From Chamaesiphon sp. (GTDB lineage: Bacteria; Cyanobacteriota; Cyanobacteriia; Cyanobacteriales; Chamaesiphonaceae): DNA of 64,000 nucleotides. Shown in pieces: positions 61,953 to 64,000 of this stretch; position 1 is the first letter of the stretch; the number at the start of each line of letters is the position of its first letter. Below the pieces are notes generated by a model. It was not told where the DNA came from and did not search any database. It saw only the letters and a list, made by a program, of their open reading frames with translations. The stretch covers positions 64,001 through 128,000 of the forward strand of contig CBDFFH010000015.1 of assembly GCA_965246715.1 (NCBI GenBank), read 5' to 3'. A program made the position numbers and the translations under genes.

Positions 61953-62840
61953 TTTCCTGTTCCTAAACAGATATTTTTATATCTCAACTCAAGAAAAAGT
62001 TTAAACCGATTTTCTAATTAGTTATCGATTCTTACCTGAGCCGAGTTAGTTAAATCTTGATTTCGCCCGCAGCACTCAAGCCTTGCGTCGGAAGACGAAG
62101 TAACGCTACGGGCAGTTCTCATATATATCGCAATCTTAATAGATATATTATGTTGACAAAATAACGAATGACGCGCTACTACATATTAAATGAGCAAACT
62201 GCATCGATCTTATCTTACCCGCATTCGCCGATATAGATATCAATCAGTAAATCTACGCAAGAGCGATATCGCTCGCTTGTAGACCTTCCCAAGTATCGAT
62301 TTCTACGTCCATATTTCCGCCTTTATCTATATGAAAAATATGCTATAAAAATGCTCGATCGACTATTACCAGTCATTAATAACCATTAAAAGTTAGCTTT
62401 GAATCGGTAGCAGATCGCTTCCACGAGCGTTCATCGCGCAATCTTCATAGTTAAGCACTACCAGTAGCGATACTACCTTGGCGGATTGAGATTAGCACAA
62501 AGCTCGATCGTCTAAACTAGAAGTTAGATTTGAGTCCTTTGGGAGATCTCGATCGCACTGAGATACGATTATAATTCCCACAAATTCTCAAAAACGATCG
62601 TATCTCGAACGGGTAACCAGCCATGCGATTTACGACTTGAGAGATTCTGGTATCGTAACACTCGATATCTTCCCGAACATCCGGTTTGCAAGCCCGAGGA
62701 AATGCAACCTCAACTATACCCGACGATTCGATCGGCACCGCTCGATCGAGGAAGGGTAAAGTATAATGCTTAGCATAGACGTAAAGATCGCGACTATCTC
62801 TACTCATCCTGCACGGGAATCTCTTCCTATGCGCTCTGAC

Positions 62841-63347
62841 ATGAATTTTGCCTTTCAGTATCCCATTTTCGGCCCAGAGATTCAGTGTCCTCATTGTCGG
62901 CAAATTATTCCCGCACTCACACTGACAGATACTTATTTATGCTCTCGACATGGGGCTTTTGAAGCCGACCCGCAAACTGGCGAACTGGTGCATCTGCAAT
63001 CCAGCCGAAATTGGTGTCTGTGGAATGGTGAATGGTATCGTCAGCATACACATCCCGACGGGATTCGGTTTGAAATTCACGATGCGCTCGACAAGCTCTA
63101 TACTCAAGGCTATCGCGCAACTAAAGTAATTATCGCCGAACGTTATCGAGATCTGATCGGCAGTTATCTCGATCGGCATCACCCGTGGATGGGCAATCCC
63201 GATCGACCCACGCCTCGGCTATTTGGTTTACCTGTGGAGTTTAGTCCTCAACCTACCGACGAGCCTTGTTGGAAGGTGATTAATTTTGAGTTGGAGAAGG
63301 AGCCGGGGATTCCAGTGCAGTATCCTTATTTTCGGATGTCTCCTTAG
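62841..63347 (+). CDS. Conserved cyanobacterial protein (TIGR02652/DUF2396-like), CxxC...CxxH zinc-ribbon-like N-terminus
   Basis: QYPIFGPEIQCPHCRQ.IPALTLTDTYLC.RHGAFEADP, WYRQHTHPDGIRFEIH; upstream in-frame ATGs at 62766 and 62829. Confidence 0.8.
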   Translation: MNFAFQYPIFGPEIQCPHCRQIIPALTLTDTYLCSRHGAFEADPQTGELVHLQSSRNWCLWNGEWYRQHTHPDGIRFEIHDALDKLYTQGYRATKVIIAERYRDLIGSYLDRHHPWMGNPDRPTPRLFGLPVEFSPQPTDEPCWKVINFELEKEPGIPVQYPYFRMSP

Positions 63348-63706
63348 TGCTTAGACTTTAGGCATTAGGGCAAGACACGTTTTGCGGAGTAGAAGATCGG
63401 GACTTACCGCAGTAACATCCGCTAGCTATACTGTCCCTGAATCCGATCGAGCTGTGCTTCCACGCGGCACCATCAAAAGTTGCGATTTCAGCAATTCTCA
63501 TTATGGAAATTGTTCACCTATTTTCGATCGCAAGAATGGTTGTAAGCCCGATTCTGTCGTTGATGATTGTAGTGTTGAATGGCCGATAAACACTTAAAAA
63601 TAGTACAAAAGTTTTAAAATGAGAATTGCTGTGGCGATTTCGAATCGGGCGATCTGGGGCGATAAAATGGTAGTCGATCGAGCGAAAATATCTTGTACCG
63701 ATACGA

Positions 63707-64000
63707 TTAACCCCCTTTTAGAACTCGATCGACCATCAAATTCATACTTTCCAAGACGTTTGACTCGATCTTAGTATCCCCCACCAATACCTTCTCTTCA
63801 CACAAACCCTCCACCCATTCCAACACCGTCACTTTTTGGGCGATTCTCCCTTGGAGAGGCTCCGCCAACGGATCGACACTCCAACATTCGGCCGCTGGAT
63901 GTATCCAAGATAATTCTAAACACTGATAAAGTAACATGATGATAGTCCTACGTGCGATCGCTACGATGGGGATCGACGCTCGAGATCGACATACCCTCAC
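63707..64000 (-). CDS. Hypothetical protein, probably 3' part of a gene entering from the right edge
   Basis: Open frame to window edge; no recognised motif. Confidence 0.4.
   Translation of the reverse strand: MRVCRSRASIPIVAIARRTIIMLLYQCLELSWIHPAAECWSVDPLAEPLQGRIAQKVTVLEWVEGLCEEKVLVGDTKIESNVLESMNLMVDRVLKGG

Noticed and set aside
62517..62903. 128-aa minus-strand ORF
   Set aside because: Overlaps the conserved plus-strand gene and its promoter; no recognisable motif

Overview
64 kb of chromosomal DNA from a cyanobacterium (nblA, two psaK, ccsA/ccsB, cyanobacterial taxis operon). The very high density of CGATCG/HIP1-like palindromes suggests a Chamaesiphon-like genome (inference). Contents: (i) a Pix/Ptx-type phototaxis operon patA-cheY-cheW-MCP(5 GAF)-cheA, whose cheA runs off the left edge and is missing from the ORF track; (ii) many housekeeping genes (argB, dacB, nagZ-like, trpF, hemF, mrp/apbC, rodA, ilvC, dapB, vte4-hppD, ccsA, lpxD, tpiA, hisA); (iii) an AT-rich Wzx/Wzy polysaccharide cluster at 46.3-59.8 kb with a probable HAD-phosphatase/phosphoribosyltransferase (ribofuranosyltransferase), a Tat-exported glycoside-hydrolase-like protein and a duplicated 71-bp leader; (iv) intact ISL3 and IS982 elements and a toxin-antitoxin pair. 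The most unusual signal is non-coding. IS982-ended MITEs carry REP-like doublets, which in turn carry ~46-50-nt hairpin units with fixed ends (GTCTTG/GCTTGG...CGC) and variable but still-paired stems, inserted in tandem and inside each other; empty counterparts of two host repeats are visible in the same window. One MITE is joined end-to-end (2-bp spacer) to the IS982 under a single target-site duplication. No rRNA, tRNA or CRISPR array was seen.
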